Shown here one piece after another: positions 33,801-45,800 of a DNA stretch of 64,000 bases. How positions within the stretch are numbered: position 1 is the first letter of the stretch; each line of letters opens with the position of its first letter. The position numbers and the translations under genes are program-made. Source of the DNA: Raillietiella orientalis (lineage: Eukaryota); assembly GCA_036172245.1 (NCBI GenBank), contig JAYWIR010000099.1, forward strand, positions 124,001 through 188,000, written 5' to 3'. The notes under the pieces are model-generated. The model did not search any database. It worked only from the letters and a program-made list of their open reading frames with translations, and was not told where the DNA came from.

Positions 33801-36800
33801 GCACCTCCTCGAGCGGGGATGGAAATCGTGGGACCCGCACGCCGCCTGCGCGGCGGACCAGAGGGAATAATGCCTTATGGTACGTCCCAGTGCGTCCACG
33901 AGGCAAACGCTCGTCCGCGAGAGCCGAACAGGACGGGCGTTTCCTTTGGATGTTCCAAGGGAATCGCGAGAGAGCGCGCACTTTCCAGTCCTCGATGCGG
34001 GAGACTGCATCTTCCCTTCCCGCCGTTGCGCTGCTCGAAGCTGCTCCGAAAGACCGGAGCCGCCAGCGCACGCCCGAAGACTGCGACGACCAAGCGTCAT
34101 CTCTCGGGGAAACTCGCAACTCGAGAGCGTTCCGCTGGTGCAGACCCGCGCCGATGGGAGCCGCACGGCCTCCGACGGGACCTCTTTTTTTCGGCCCGGG
34201 CTGCATTTCGGGGACGCGTCCGCCCACTTCCAGCGCTGCCAAATCGAACCCAAGTGGCTTTTCGATTCTTCCGGACGAAATTCCTCCTCGTCGAGCAATC
34301 CACGCCCCCCGGGAGCAGCGGGAAGGGCTGCTGTCTCCCCGATGACCTCGTGGTTTGCCGCGCTACGGCTAACGTTCCATGGAGACGGCGAAGCACCCCC
34401 GTGCGTGGGGGGAGCGAACAACCCGCTGGCCATGTCGCAGATTTCTCTACCCCCACGCGCAGCCATCTCTCCCTTTGACTAAACAACGCGGCGTGGAAAG
34501 GACAACCAAACCGCGCCCCGCGGTTCGCACGCACGTAGAGCTGGCGTCTCCGCGGCCACTCTCCACGGCGACCGACGCCGCGCCCCTCCTGCCAACGGCC
34601 CGTGCCACCCCAGCAGAGCAGCCGACTGACGCCCGCGGAACTCTTGCGACACCGCAAAGGAGCTTTCGCGCGCAGTGCACGTGTGCCGAAAGCGCTCGCT
34701 CGCAACGCGCCTCCCGGCCTGCTCGCACCGCCCGCAGGGGGCGTTTACACCCCCACCCCCTTCCTCCCCGCCCCAGCCGTCGTCTATCCCCCAACGTGAA
34801 AGCAGACCCAGCGACACCACGTACGAAGATACTCACCGGCTTAAGACACGCCCACGTAGCCCGACCCTCTCCACCCCTCCTCCAAGATGCGCCTTCGGTC
34901 CTCGACCCGTGCTGTCCCCCCCTCCCTCGCAACCCCGCTTCGACATCCGTGACCTCGTTCGGAAATATTGTCTGAGGTGCGCGGCGCGCCGAGGACACGC
35001 ATGACCCCTCCACCGAGCGCACTCCTTCCAACCGACCCACATCAGCAACGCTAGGGATGGCGCCTTTCTCACTCATACTCTCCCCCAGCGCAGCCTGGGG
35101 AGCCACGTCGTCATGGCGGGTCTACTCGCCCCATCCGTCGCCTGGCAACCCCACGGGGTCTAGTAGGCAACGCTCACGCGTGGTATGGCACCGTGAAGGG
35201 AACCACCTCTTCCCCCTCCTCCCCGGAGGGAACCCACTGAGCTGGAGAGGTGCACCCCGTTCCTTCTCCTCAGGGAACGCGAAAAAGAACGATCCACTCC
35301 CGGTTTCCCCCGCTGTATGAGACCACGCAGGGGCGCCTCCCGAGGAAAGAAGCACGCCTCTTGACACTCTGGGCTAGCTATCGACCCCCCGAAAGGTTAT
35401 CCACCAGCTCCATTTACGAAGCCGGAGGGGATCCCCGAAGGGCTCCGAGATTCCACGGAGGATCTGTGAACCCAGGAAGGCTTCAGAGATACCGGTCCGT
35501 TCCTCTTAAGCTAGGAAGGAGAAACCCGAAAATCGCCCTCACCCTGGTAGTCTTGAGAAGGGTACCCTGCAGATGACTGTCACCCTGGTTGTCCTTCAGA
35601 AAGGGACCACGGTTGTGCCCAGAGGCACGACGAAGGTCATCGTCACCCTGTTGTTCCCAGAAGGCTCTATCGAAAGTCAAGGTCACCCCGATTGTCTCCA
35701 GAAGGGTTTCTCGAACGTTACGGTCATCCTGGTTGTCACCAGAGGCACTCAAGGAGGCAACCCTCCACCTGGTTGTCTCGGAGGGGAAGGAACCCCGAAG
35801 GGGCGCTCCGCACTTTCGTGAAGCGTCGCGCCCCGAAAGCAACCGCGCGTTTCTTGCACTCTGAGGAGACGACCGACCACGAAGAAGCGACCCCCGATTC
35901 CGGCCAGTCAGCGGAGACGTTCGGCTTCCACCCGTGCCGCACACCAAGCCGGAAAGGCCAACACAGCCAGCGTCATCCCAAGGGAGGCACCTGAGCCTGC
36001 AAACGACGCATTCCCCATTTCCCGGCGCCGACAATTCGTCCCGGGCGGCGCTCGAACCCGCGACGGCCGGCGCTTTCGACTTGCTGAGTTCGTTGGATGA
36101 CGTCTAGCCAGTGGGTGCAGCATCGTGCGGTGGATCCCGCGGGATGACCGCGGTCCACCGTCCCCTTCCCGTGGCCGGGGAACCCAGCCCCGGAAGATGG
36201 ACTCGCGGGACCCCGGAGCGCGCGCCTCAGTCCACTGCTCGGAGAAAGCGGGTCGGCTAGCGCGAACAAAGCCGCAGAGGGGAGGCAAGGCGCCCCGGGG
36301 CGCATCACGCGATCCCGGGCGCAGGTCAGAGCCTCGCACCGACCCCATGGCGACTCGTCACCAAGCCGACCGCGACGCGGATACCGTGACGGCCTCCGGA
36401 TCACCTTCGGCCAGCGCGCGGCGTAGTCGCCGCCGCAGGGGCTCCTTTCTAAGGCCGCCCCCACTTTGCAGGAGGGGACTGCCGTTCGTCACTCCGGGGC
36501 TGCCCTTCGTGCCCGCTCTCGCCGTCCTCATCAACGTGTACCTCATCCTGAAGCTGTCCGTGCTGACGCTGGTCCGCTTCGTCGTTTGGATGACCTTCGG
36601 TGAGTCGGGGGCGCCGCTCCGGGCGCACCCGGGGGTCAGGGCTCGCGGTGTACTTTGGCTACGGCATCAGGAACAGCGCCCTGGAGCTGGAGGGGACGGC
36701 GGCAGCAGCACCCCGCGGACAGGAAGACCGCCGCCACCACGACATTAACCTGAAGCCGTCGGTCAGCCTCGAGAACGGCGAGGTCGCCGTGCTGCGCGGA

Positions 36801-36803
36801 TGA
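9667..36803 (+). CDS. SLC7A14: Cationic amino acid transporter, SLC7A14-like (APC superfamily), spliced gene; visible coding exons 9667-9820, 14539-14769, 23322-23529, 29403-29574, 29616-29799, 29850-29974, 32810-33548, 36472-36599, 36640-36803; N-terminal exon(s) not located
   Basis: The joined exons give [26 protein letters not shown]...[27 protein letters not shown]...[22 protein letters not shown]...[25 protein letters not shown]...[19 protein letters not shown]...YFGYGIRNS, the hallmark motifs of SLC7A14/CAT proteins. All introns are GT-AG, and the phases are consistent except for a 1-nt deficit in exon 23322-23529. About 701 aa are visible. Confidence 0.95.
10340..11000 (+). repeat. Dispersed repeat, family B copy with three full 40-bp internal tandem units
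   Basis: ccctatgaatccaggaag core; units start at 10521, 10561 and 10601. Confidence 0.75.
13265..13480 (-). repeat. Internally deleted family B copy
   Basis: ttcctggattcgtagggtg and ggttcttcagcactcc motifs shared with the other B copies. Confidence 0.6.
13565..13590 (+). repeat. (GTGTGC)n short tandem repeat
   Basis: cgtgtgcgtgtgcgtgtgcgtgtgtg. Confidence 0.8.
14539..14769 (+). CDS. SLC7A14: SLC7A14-like exon
   Basis: ttttccag|GTGCGTGC...ATATTCG|gtaagg; encodes [53 protein letters not shown]...VGTIF. Confidence 0.95.
15533..16308. repeat. Inverted repeat pair (~15533-15670 and ~16164-16308, roughly 80% identical by eye)
   Basis: ccgtgcacccaacacgaccagaaaccggggg... versus reverse complement ccgtgcaccaaacacgaccggaaaccgggga... 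Confidence 0.8.
16670..17240 (+). repeat. Dispersed repeat, family B copy
   Basis: cttcaagttagggg, ccctatgaatccaggaag, aaggtcaccgtcaccctggttgtctccggaggg and tatcaaccagctcc motifs. Confidence 0.75.
17783..18750 (-). mobile_element. LINE 3' fragment (A3); right boundary approximate
   Basis: Shares a 284-bp near-identical block with A2 and the same 3' UTR and tail. Confidence 0.8.
21790..22410 (+). mobile_element. Composite element: B segment (~21790-22262) fused directly to the LINE 3' UTR end
   Basis: B motifs (gaatccaggaag, ccctggttgtctccgaaggg, ttcttgacactctgg) followed by ccgaggcgagccctgctggtctg...aataaac, homologous to the 1415-1565 region. Confidence 0.7.
23322..23529 (+). CDS. SLC7A14: SLC7A14-like exon carrying an apparent 1-bp deletion near 23337-23339
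   Basis: ttcgttccag|GAAAGCCTCCAGACTTC-TGGCT...TCTGGG|gtgagt; encodes GKPPDF, then a frame change, then [27 protein letters not shown]...[10 protein letters not shown]. Confidence 0.9.
25455..25895 (-). repeat. Dispersed repeat, family B copy
   Basis: cccctaacttgaag, ccggttgatacc and gttcttcagcactcc motifs in reverse complement. Confidence 0.7.
28351..28368 (+). repeat. (AG)n microsatellite
   Basis: Run of AG dinucleotides seen directly. Confidence 0.8.
29403..29574 (+). CDS. SLC7A14: SLC7A14-like exon
   Basis: cttccag|GTGTTTTCC...CTGACTG|gtgaga; encodes [57 protein letters not shown]. Confidence 0.95.
29616..29799 (+). CDS. SLC7A14: SLC7A14-like exon
   Basis: cctcatag|TCCCCTAC...ATATTCCG|gtggga; encodes [16 protein letters not shown]...[28 protein letters not shown]. 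Confidence 0.93.
29850..29974 (+). CDS. SLC7A14: SLC7A14-like exon
   Basis: gtttcag|GTCTCTG...TCCATCG|gtaagc; encodes [41 protein letters not shown]. Confidence 0.93.
32045..32245 (+). repeat. Imperfect tandem duplication (~105-bp period)
   Basis: ggaaactctt...gtcggc...atcacgtgttcctcgcccg occurs twice (core at 32095 and 32201). Confidence 0.8.
32810..33548 (+). CDS. SLC7A14: SLC7A14-like exon (TM segment, long acidic cytoplasmic loop, two further TM segments)
   Basis: ctccctag|GAACCCTG...GAAAACAG|gtgagg; encodes [20 protein letters not shown]...[10 protein letters not shown]...RDDEFLV...[15 protein letters not shown]...ISRRPEN. Confidence 0.92.
35190..35920 (+). repeat. Two tandem family B copies, the second with an expanded ~40-bp minisatellite (~35530-35790)
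   Basis: cttgacactctgg at ~35360 and cttgcactctg at ~35853; tcaccctgg-type units at 35539, 35580, 35643, 35683, 35724 and 35764. Confidence 0.7.
36472..36599 (+). CDS. SLC7A14: SLC7A14-like exon (C-terminal permease domain)
   Basis: ctttgcag|GAGGGGACTG...ACCTTCG|gtgagt; encodes [42 protein letters not shown]. Confidence 0.93.
36640..36803 (+). CDS. SLC7A14: SLC7A14-like terminal coding exon
   Basis: gggtcag|GGCTCGCGGTGTAC...; encodes [16 protein letters not shown]...AVLRG*, with TGA at 36801-36803. Confidence 0.9.
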
Positions 36804-36837
36804 CGCGCCGCCGTCACCGCCGTCGCGGGGCGGGCGC

Positions 36838-36843
36838 AATAAA
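36838..36843 (+). terminator. Putative polyadenylation signal of the transporter gene
   Basis: AATAAA 35 nt after the stop codon in otherwise very GC-rich sequence, followed by a T-rich patch (ttgttcttt). Confidence 0.65.
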
Positions 36844-39800
36844 AGGACTTGCTCTGCGCACGCGGCATTGTTCTTTACACGTAACGGGCGGAAGGGCGGC
36901 CCGGGAACCCGCGCGACGCCAGCCGGGAGCCCTCCTCCCTGATAAGATAGCGGCGCAGGGGCACGCCCGGCTGCCGGCATCCTCTTCGGGGAAGCCGCGT
37001 TGCGTCACAAGAGCGCTCCCGTCGACGTGCGTTCAAGCAAGCAGGCAGCGACCTCCCTCCCTCTCTACCCGCAAGGACGGGGAAGCAGCGGACGCGCGCG
37101 CTTCCCTACACCCGGGCACCTGCGGCGACATCCTGCCCCGGAAGCTGCGAACTCCCCGGCCGCGTGGAAAGTTCGCCCCCTCACCGAGGACGAAAGGACG
37201 CCGGGCCGCGTGCGAACCCAAGCGCCAACAGCGGCCGCCCCCGTGGTCGGCCTCGCCCTTCAGAAATCGACGCCACCCGGCCAATCCACGGACGGAGGCA
37301 CCTGCACCCGATCGCTAGGCGCCGCCTGCGCCACCGCTAATTGCTCTCCCCGTGCACGGGCGCCAGGGAAGGATGCCTCCGCCCTGTTCCTTCCAGTCCA
37401 CGTGGGTGCTGAGGTCCACGGCTGCGGAAGACGACGGACGAGTTGCCTTCCGGAATACCTCGGCCCGGGACGGGAGAGCGAAGTCTCCACGAAGACCCCA
37501 GCCGCGTGTGGCCTCCGGCGGCGGGATCCACGCACTGGCATGAGCAGAGGGGTCGCAGCACCCGACGGCAGCTCCACGCGGGCGGAACTTCCGGCGGAGG
37601 GATCCCCGAAGGACGCCCCATGTCAACGCCCGGTTAAAAGCAGGTGCCAACGATTCCGCGAGGACCTTCTCCGGCAGCCTCCGCTGGCCGAGGGGATGCA
37701 CCCGGCGTCCTCGCACCCTTTTGCAGGCACCGCCCCAACACGCCCGCCATGTGCCGCAGCGAATGCGGCCGGACGCGCCATCAACAGCGACCTTTCCACG
37801 TGGATGCCAGCGACGGCTCCGCGCAGCGCCATGTCCGCCGGGCGTCTTCCGGTCCACACGTGGAAACTCATTGGCCTCCTCCCCTCCAACGAGACGCTCA
37901 GCACGGCACACCTTCGCCCCTGCGATGACACCGGAAGAGCAGGCGCTTCCCGCAGCAGCCGTCCCGAACGCCGGGCAGCGGAATTTTCCAGCCGCCTCGG
38001 GCCAGAATTCACTTCGGGCCCGCACCCGGGTGACCACGGCTCTGCGGTGCCACGCGGGAGACCCGCCGGCGCCCGCTCCAACTCCGCGTCCAGGCGGAGG
38101 AACGCCTCCAGCCGGGACAGCGGGCCGCTGCATCGCCGTAGCCTCCTCCGCTCCTCGTAGCGTGGCCACCGGCCGCCAGCAAAGAAACGGCCGAGGAGGC
38201 GCCAGCGGTGCGTCTGTTCCAGGCCATCGAACCCTGCATCTATCTCAACCTACAGCGCCCTTCGCCTTCACCCAGTATCCCGCGCCATCGTCTCCGGGCG
38301 CCGGCCCATTTCCTCCCACCCACCCACGCCCGCCCGGATCCACCTTGGTTTTGCGCCGGTTGTCTCTCCACGCGACGAGCAGCTGTGCGCTTTCGCACGT
38401 TGCCACCACCTTACGGCCCTTCCCTCTGCTTGCCGTTCTTCCCAGCCTCGAAACCCCCAACGCGTAACTATGGTGTCGCAAGGAAATGCCTCCTTTCCCG
38501 TGAATGTGATGCGACGACGTGCGTGCCAAACTCCGGGAAACTTGGCACCTTCTTTCGGCGCTCCACCGGTAGCGATTGCTGCTACTTCTTCTTCTCCCCT
38601 TTACCTTTCTTTCTTTGTTTTTTTTTTTTTTTTTCCTACCCCCGGGAGCCGAATCGCCATGGTTGCGTGGACCCACCGGGCACTCGAAAGGCCGACGGCT
38701 CGGAGTCCGACGGACCCATTGCAGGTCGTTAGGCGGCAACGCGCGCCCGGTGCGACAGCACCCGCACGGAAGGACGGTGCTACCACGTTCTGCCTGCTGT
38801 CCGACGCCATCATTACACGCGGTGTTGCACGACGCGGGCGTGCCCGCTCGGCCACGCACGCGCACATCGCGGTCGGGCGAGCGAATCGCCTCCGTCCACG
38901 GGCCGCGTTTGGGTGCAGAAGCGGACCCCGCCGAAGATGCGGAGGATCTCTCGGGAAGCCGTCGCCAAGCGATCCGTCGCAATTGGCTCGCGCGATCGTG
39001 GCTGCTGCAAACATCCCGAGAAGCGAGGACAGCGTCGTGGGCCAGCAGACGGGAGCGCGGGCAGCGCACCGTTCCCCACGATCTCCGGCAGAGGGAGCGA
39101 AGGGCGAGGAGATGGGGCAATCGTCAGCTTCCACGGAGGGAGGCCCTCCTTTCCACTCCCCCGTTCACGCCTTCCCCCTCCCACATTTGCAGTAAGCACC
39201 CACGTCGCAGCGGTCCAAAGTTCGACTCGTGCTGCCCCTTTGCGCTTCCGCATTCGCTCTCGGCACGCACGACGCCGGCGACGCGCGTCATGCCCTCCGG
39301 GCTACGACGACCAATCGCCCCCATGAACAAAGAGACGAGAAACGAGGGCAAGCGTTTCCGAGTGCCTCGGGACGCTCCTCTTTGACAGGTGCATCGCCAC
39401 CCGTGCAATACACGAAAGCGGAGGCGACCAGCGCGTTTCGCGACCCCTCTCCGTTTGAAGGGAACCGCTGACCTCCAGGCACACGGACGGAAGGGCACGC
39501 GGAAGAATACACCGAGCGGAAATCTCCGAACCCTCGACGTTCGCGACGCCGCCACTGCGCGTTGGCCCCTTCGGCCGCGTGCACGTTCGCTGAGCGCCGC
39601 CTCCTGATGAAAGCCCTGACCAACCGCGGAGCGAAAGGTCACGCGGTTCAGACGCCGCCGTGTTCACGCTCCGAGAGTGTGTCAAGCGTCTCCCCCGTGT
39701 TTTCGATACGCACGTTCGGCGGCACGCGTACCCTCGTCATCGTCGCCTTTGAAGTGCGCACGCCCCAGAAAGCTCTCCGCCTCTTCTGGACAGCAACGCC

Positions 39801-42800
39801 GCGGGCGTTCCTCTTGGGGGATCCCTGCACCCGTCGCATCCCCTTCTGACCACACCCCGACGACGACTCTTCCCCATGCTCTCTATTGGCCACCACCCGT
39901 GGGACGTCGACCCTCATCGCCCGACATCCGAAGGTGCCCCACACGGCGACAGACATCTGAACTTTCCGCTTCCGCGAGCCAAAGTGCGATGGCAACGCTG
40001 CCTTCAGGGAGCACAGAACATGCGGGAACGTTCGGGAATCGACTTACGTGATGAGAACCCCACGCCGGGCGCGGACAGCCCAAGCGAACCGCGAAGAGCG
40101 GTCTCCTCGCGATGGGCCCGTTGGAAGCAAACGGCACTTTCGACTCACCTTTCCGTTTCCACGTGCCGGATGCAGCGCGCCGGATGCTGCACGTGCGGCG
40201 GCGACACACGCCCTGCGCGCACGCGAGACTTCGCCCTTCCGTGCGGCGCCGAACTTCGCACGCCCCGCACCCGGAAGAAGGGCGGCTTTCGTCCTAGGCA
40301 TCAGTCCTCCGGCATGAGCGCCAACGGCGTGCACGGGGCGTCCCTCGAGGACCACGGGACGAGGTGGGCAACGGGCTCATTACTCGCACGGCGCACCAGC
40401 GCGCGCGTCGCCACGGCCAACGAGGACGCCGTGCCAACAATGCCGGGACGAGGCGCGGACGATCCGATTCCGAGGGGAGGGAGCGCCCGCCCAGCCCGTT
40501 TCGAGCCGCGCCGCGCCACCCGCGCGCGAAACGGCGCTCCCGCGGCGGGCGAGGGGCACCTGCGGGCTTGCCCGAGCACCCCGTCCACTTCCTCCCTGGG
40601 CGGAAAGTGGCGAGCGAGCCAGCTTGCCTCGCTTCGCCCGCAGTCGGCCCGCCCTCCCGGCCTATCTCGCAACGAGCGGCGGAGTTCCTGCCGCCAGACA
40701 GTCTCCACCACTCTCCGGCCGCCCCGCCCCGCCCCTCCGGCCGTGCCGTCAACCCCCAAACAGCCGACGGGGAGGGCGGCCGCGCACGTTTGCCCTCGGC
40801 GACGCGCACACGCCGATCGGCGAGCAGCGCGCTCCCCTCCGCGCCCGCTCTTCCCCGCAGGGCGTTGGCGCTATCCCGCTGCACCTATGCCGACACATAG
40901 CTGCCATTCACACTCATCCGAGGTCGACAGGGCGTCTCACGCCTGCGGGCGCCTCGCAGGCGGAAGTTCCCGTCCTCCCCGGGAGCGGCCCCGGGAGAGG
41001 GTGGCCCGACGCACGACTGGCGCGACCCACCTGGTGGGAGGCACGCCAGGAGACCGGGAGAAGCCGTGCAGCAGGTGCGGAGGCCAAAGACACTCCTTCC
41101 TCCGCGTGACGCTGGGGTCGAGAGGCGCTTCCCGCGACGCGGCCCTTGCCCCCGCCGGCGTGGGCACGCGGAACAGCCGAGGCTTCCCGACGACCTCTTC
41201 CTGCATGCATCCGCTCCTATTTATCCAAAGATGCGATTTTGTCTGTTGATCAAAGTCATGTCGCCGTTCCCCACATTGGCTCCATGTGTAGACGACCCGT
41301 GTCCTCGTGAGCTGCCGACGCCCCCTTGCAGACAGTCGCCTGCGGCGTCGGCCCTTCCCGAACTCCCAGGTCCGAAGCGGGGGGACGGAGAGGGAGGAGG
41401 CTGCGGAAACTTCGGCGCTCTACGCCGCGCAGAGTCTTCGCGCGAGCTACGCGGGGCAGGAAGAAGAGGCGCATCTCCTGGCAACGGACGGGGAGGTCAG
41501 CTCGGGCCGCGCTCCCGCGGGGCGAAGGGAAGGCTCAGCAAGACTCGGGCGCCGCTCCCGAGACAGCGCCCCCGGCGGCTCCGCTTCGAACCAAACAGAA
41601 CTGCTGCGACGCCCGTCTTTCCCCGGCCTCTGCGCTCTTGCAGCTTCCCTGCATGCACACCCGCCGGAAATAGGTCGCGCGCCGCCCCGCCTTCCCCGCC
41701 CGGGATGACCGCACTTTGAGGACGACCACCCACGGGCTCGACCGGGCGATCGGGGCGGCCGCCGCATGCCCTGAGGCACCGAGCGGTCGCCTCGGCCGAG
41801 GGGCGCGAGCGAGGATCTCCTCATGAAACGGCCCCGCGATGGGGGCCTTCCTCCTGGGCAAGCGGGGCAAGGCGACGACGTGGGACGCGCCTGCGCGGCC
41901 TCGTCACCCGGCCGGCGCGCGATGCGGTCCGCGCCCGGCGTGACGTCACACCGGACACCGTCCTCGGGCGGAAGCCGGTCCGCGTGGCCCGGGCAGGATG
42001 ACCAGCGTGCAGGCAAGGGCTGCCCCTTTCCCCATCGCACGGCGCACATCTCGACGCACGTCCACGCGACTTCTTATACACGCCAACACGGACGCACTTC
42101 TGTATGCATTTCTGTGCATTCTAAGCGTTGCAGCAAATTCCTTTTCATGCGTTCATTATGTACATGCCAGTATGCGTACGAACACGTGAATTCACAAACA
42201 CATGTTCGTGTACATTGCAAAGTTCGTATACAGGAGATGCATGGGAGCACTGTGCATACCGATGTGCGTGGTTTCGTACACCACTCCATTCGAACGTGCG
42301 TATTTACTGACAGAATCGATAATAGGCATTGACGTACGTTACGAACCTGCGTCGAAAGCGAAGATTGGAAACACGCGTTTCCTATGTATGTGGGTTCTTA
42401 TTTATCCGTATGGGCGATGTATCGAAATGAAGCTGCCGAAACGCATCGAATTGTGAACGCGCGCCCGGGCTCGATCGATCGCAATGCAGACATTCGCCAT
42501 GCACGGAGGCAGCGCCATCTCTTGAGCGGACGGAGCGGCGAACGGCTGGAATTTCCTGCTCCTCCTTTCCGTTCATATGAGACTTTGGCATTGCGCTTGC
42601 AGCCACCCCTTTTTACCTGCCACCGTTCCACGCCCATTTCGGGCACGCTGACCACGTATACGTGACTGTATCTAGCAAGTACGTATACACTGACTCGTTC
42701 ACGGCCGCGGTCCTGATGCGGGTGGAGGCTGCGCGCGACGGTCCACGTGCCGCGCGGAGGGGGCGAAGGGACGAGTCGGAACAGCAGACAGGCGACCGCC

Positions 42801-45800
42801 GAAGGACCGACGTGGGACCACACCCCGCACAAGCGACCTACGCGACACCGAAGCGCGACCCCCAGCGAGGGAGCACTCCCCATTCCGTTTCCGCCCGGCG
42901 GATCACCTGTGACGTCATCTCCCGCCTCAGCGCAGCTTCCATGTCGTCCCCGGTCCGGTCGCGCGCCGACGTGCTGAGCCGACCGCGGACTCCACGCCAA
43001 CCGCTGTCGCCGGTGGTAACGGAAGAGCTGCGCTTCCAGACTCCCTGGCCGACACGGCCTCACCCTCCGCGCGCGCGGTACCGCCTCGCCGCGTCGCCCG
43101 GGTAACTCCCCGAGACCAAGAGGCAGAAGGAAACAGGGCCGAGCTGGATTTCCCGATGAAGGCCGCAGGGGAGCCAACGACGGCTGGACGCCGCGACGAC
43201 TACTGCGCACTCCGAAAGGACGCGCGACTAGACCGGCAACCTGGAAGGTCCGAGGGAGGGATCTCCCCTTCGCCTACCGGGACGTAGCCGGGTTCACCCA
43301 AGCCAGCGAGGCGGGCGGTCACCCGGCGAGGGCGCGAGGAAGAGACCGGCGTGCAGAGAGAGACCGGGAAGCGGAAGTCCCCCCGCGTCCTCGCGCCCTC
43401 AGCAGCGACAGCAGGACCGAGGGACGCCTCGGGCGATTCAGGGCCACGTCGTGACGCCCGTCCGCTACAAGGAACGCACCTTGGTGACCCGCTTCTCCAG
43501 GTCGGATCTTCGGGAAGAGCACGGCCGCCACGCGCGACCTCGGTTGATTCCCACTCACGCGGGACGGATACTCAGCCAGCGGCAACATCCTCATCCGATG
43601 GGACAAGGCGAAGGGAGGACACGCCCACGGGGCACGGCAATCGTCCGGAGAGCTGATGCGCACCCACGGATGCATCCCGCGCGTCCCTCGGGAGAATCCC
43701 CGAGTGGACACGCCGGCGCGTCCCTCGAGAAGCGTCCGCGAGCTCGCCCCGGGCACCCGAAGTCGACCTCCGCGCCGCGCGTCGCTTCGTCCTCTCCAGG
43801 CGACGGCGGGTGGGAACATTCCGGTCGGACCTTTCCGAGTGTAGCGCCCGAGGGGAGGGCGTGCGGGAGGTAGCGGAGATCGTCCCGGACATCGCTGCGT
43901 GCGCACTAGGCGAAGGAACGCCCCCGAGTTCCCGGGGAGGGAGTTCCGCGCGCAACCGAGGCGACCCGGAAGCGCCGACCCGCGAACCTGCCGCCCCCAC
44001 GCTCCCGGCCGGGAGGCAGGGGGACAGGGAAGGACGCGCATCCGCCCCGGGAGATGAAAGGATGCTGATAAAGGGGAGTGATGGATGGGATGCTGCGGCG
44101 AAGGAAAGTGAAAGCGGAAGTGGGTCTGGCGGGAGCCCGGTCGACGGAAGGGCGCCACCCGTGCGAGGGGAACGCGCGGCATCCGCAGCGCCCTCGCCCT
44201 TCAAGGCACGTAGCGACGCGACGGGAATGGCGGGAAGCGGCGGGTTTCCCCGCGGAACGTTCCCGGAGGAAAGTGAAAGCGTGCGCCCCCTCCTGGAGAG
44301 CATCGCAACGCTGCTTCCGCCCCGATGCATCACCCTGTCAACCGGCAGGCGCCATGCGCGCGCCTACCCGTCCCCGCGCGCGGACCGCGGCCGACGGAGG
44401 CGTGCCGTCCCTCGCGACCCGTCCGAGTCCGCGTGCGTCCCCGCGCCCGCAACGATCCGCCGCGGGCGCACGCGCGGACGGCGATCCGGAAGGGCCGCCG
44501 AGACACGCGTGCGGAGATCCCGCGGCGCTGACTCCGCCCTTCTCCCGCCGACCCGCTCGGAGACGTCCTCTCGGCCGACCAGCCCAGCCCGCGCGACCTT
44601 CTCCGCGACCCGCTCGGCGTTCCGGCGCGAAATGCCGCTCGGCAAGATGACCGCCGGGAGGAGAACCCACGGACACTCCTTCCGCGCCCTCGACCCCACC
44701 CCTTCGATCGCCCAGAAGGAAAAACGCCCCGGGGCAGACGGTCTTCTCATCCGCGGCTCCACGCAGAGAAGACACGTCGCCAGGCCAGCCTTCGCATCAG
44801 GGCGCCGCCCGCCTGGGGTCTCATTCGCCCTTCAGCCGCGCGGCGCGCTGCTGTTGCTCCGCCGCTGCGGCAGAGCCGGCTTCCGTGGGACCGCATCTTC
44901 AGCGCCCGCCGCCCGTCGGCTGACCCTTCGCCCAAGCAGGCAAGAAGGTCGCGTGGCGAGCGCGGCCGGGACGAGTGTTGGCCCGGGCAACCGCGAGGCT
45001 GGGTCGCTGCAGAACCTCCCGCTCAAGATGGGAGCTTCGGCACGCATCGGGGTCACTCCTTTTTGACCCGCCCTGCACGGTGCGGGAGGAAAACATCCGA
45101 CCCTACCCGTCCCTCCGACGCCCGTTGGCGGCGGGGTGACGTCCACCTCGACTCGGGGCGGCGACAACGGTGGAGACTCGAGGTGCGGAACGGAAATCAC
45201 AGGCCGAAGGCGGAGCCGACCGACGAGAGGCGCCTCCGCGGACAAGGAGTCCAGGAGGGGAGCACGGAGCGACCCGGAGGTTCGGTCGGGGCAAGCGCCG
45301 CCAGGAAGCAACGTCTCGGACGATGAACAGCAGGGAGAGGGGAGGGGCAGCTGAGAGTCCCGTCAGGGCTCGTGGCACTCGGCGCGGACGCCTGAGGCCC
45401 TGTCCGGCAGGACCATCTTCGGAGGCGCTTCCCGGCTGAAGGGTTCTTTTCAACCCGCCAGGAGGAGGAGCACCTGCGGATCTCTTCCGCGCCCCGAGGG
45501 GGCGTCATCCTCCTGACCGAATCGCGCCTACAGCGCCGACCCCCCGGGAAAGCGTGATAGAGCGCCACCGGGAAAAGAAGAGGGGCTGGCGCGGCGCCGA
45601 GTAGGCTGCAGAAGGCACCGAAGCGGCGGGCATCCGTGCCTTCCTTCCCTCCTTCGGCGCGCGCCGAGACGTCCCGCCGCCGCGGCGCACCCCGGGGTAG
45701 TCCGATGGCGACGCCTGGCAACGCGCGAGGCTTTCCCTGACCAAATGGCCCCTCGGCGGTGGGGTCGCTTCGCTCTCCACGACTACTCGTCATCCGCCAG

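Noticed and set aside
35530..35790. Regularly spaced ~40-bp repeats (also 10521-10690) as a CRISPR-like array
   Set aside because: The whole unit is degenerate tandem sequence with no invariant repeat plus unique spacers, there are no cas genes, and the context is a eukaryotic intron.
37690..37900. Minus-strand peptide faintly like an RT motif (GRRPADMAL...AVAGIHVERS)
   Set aside because: Too degenerate to support without a profile search.
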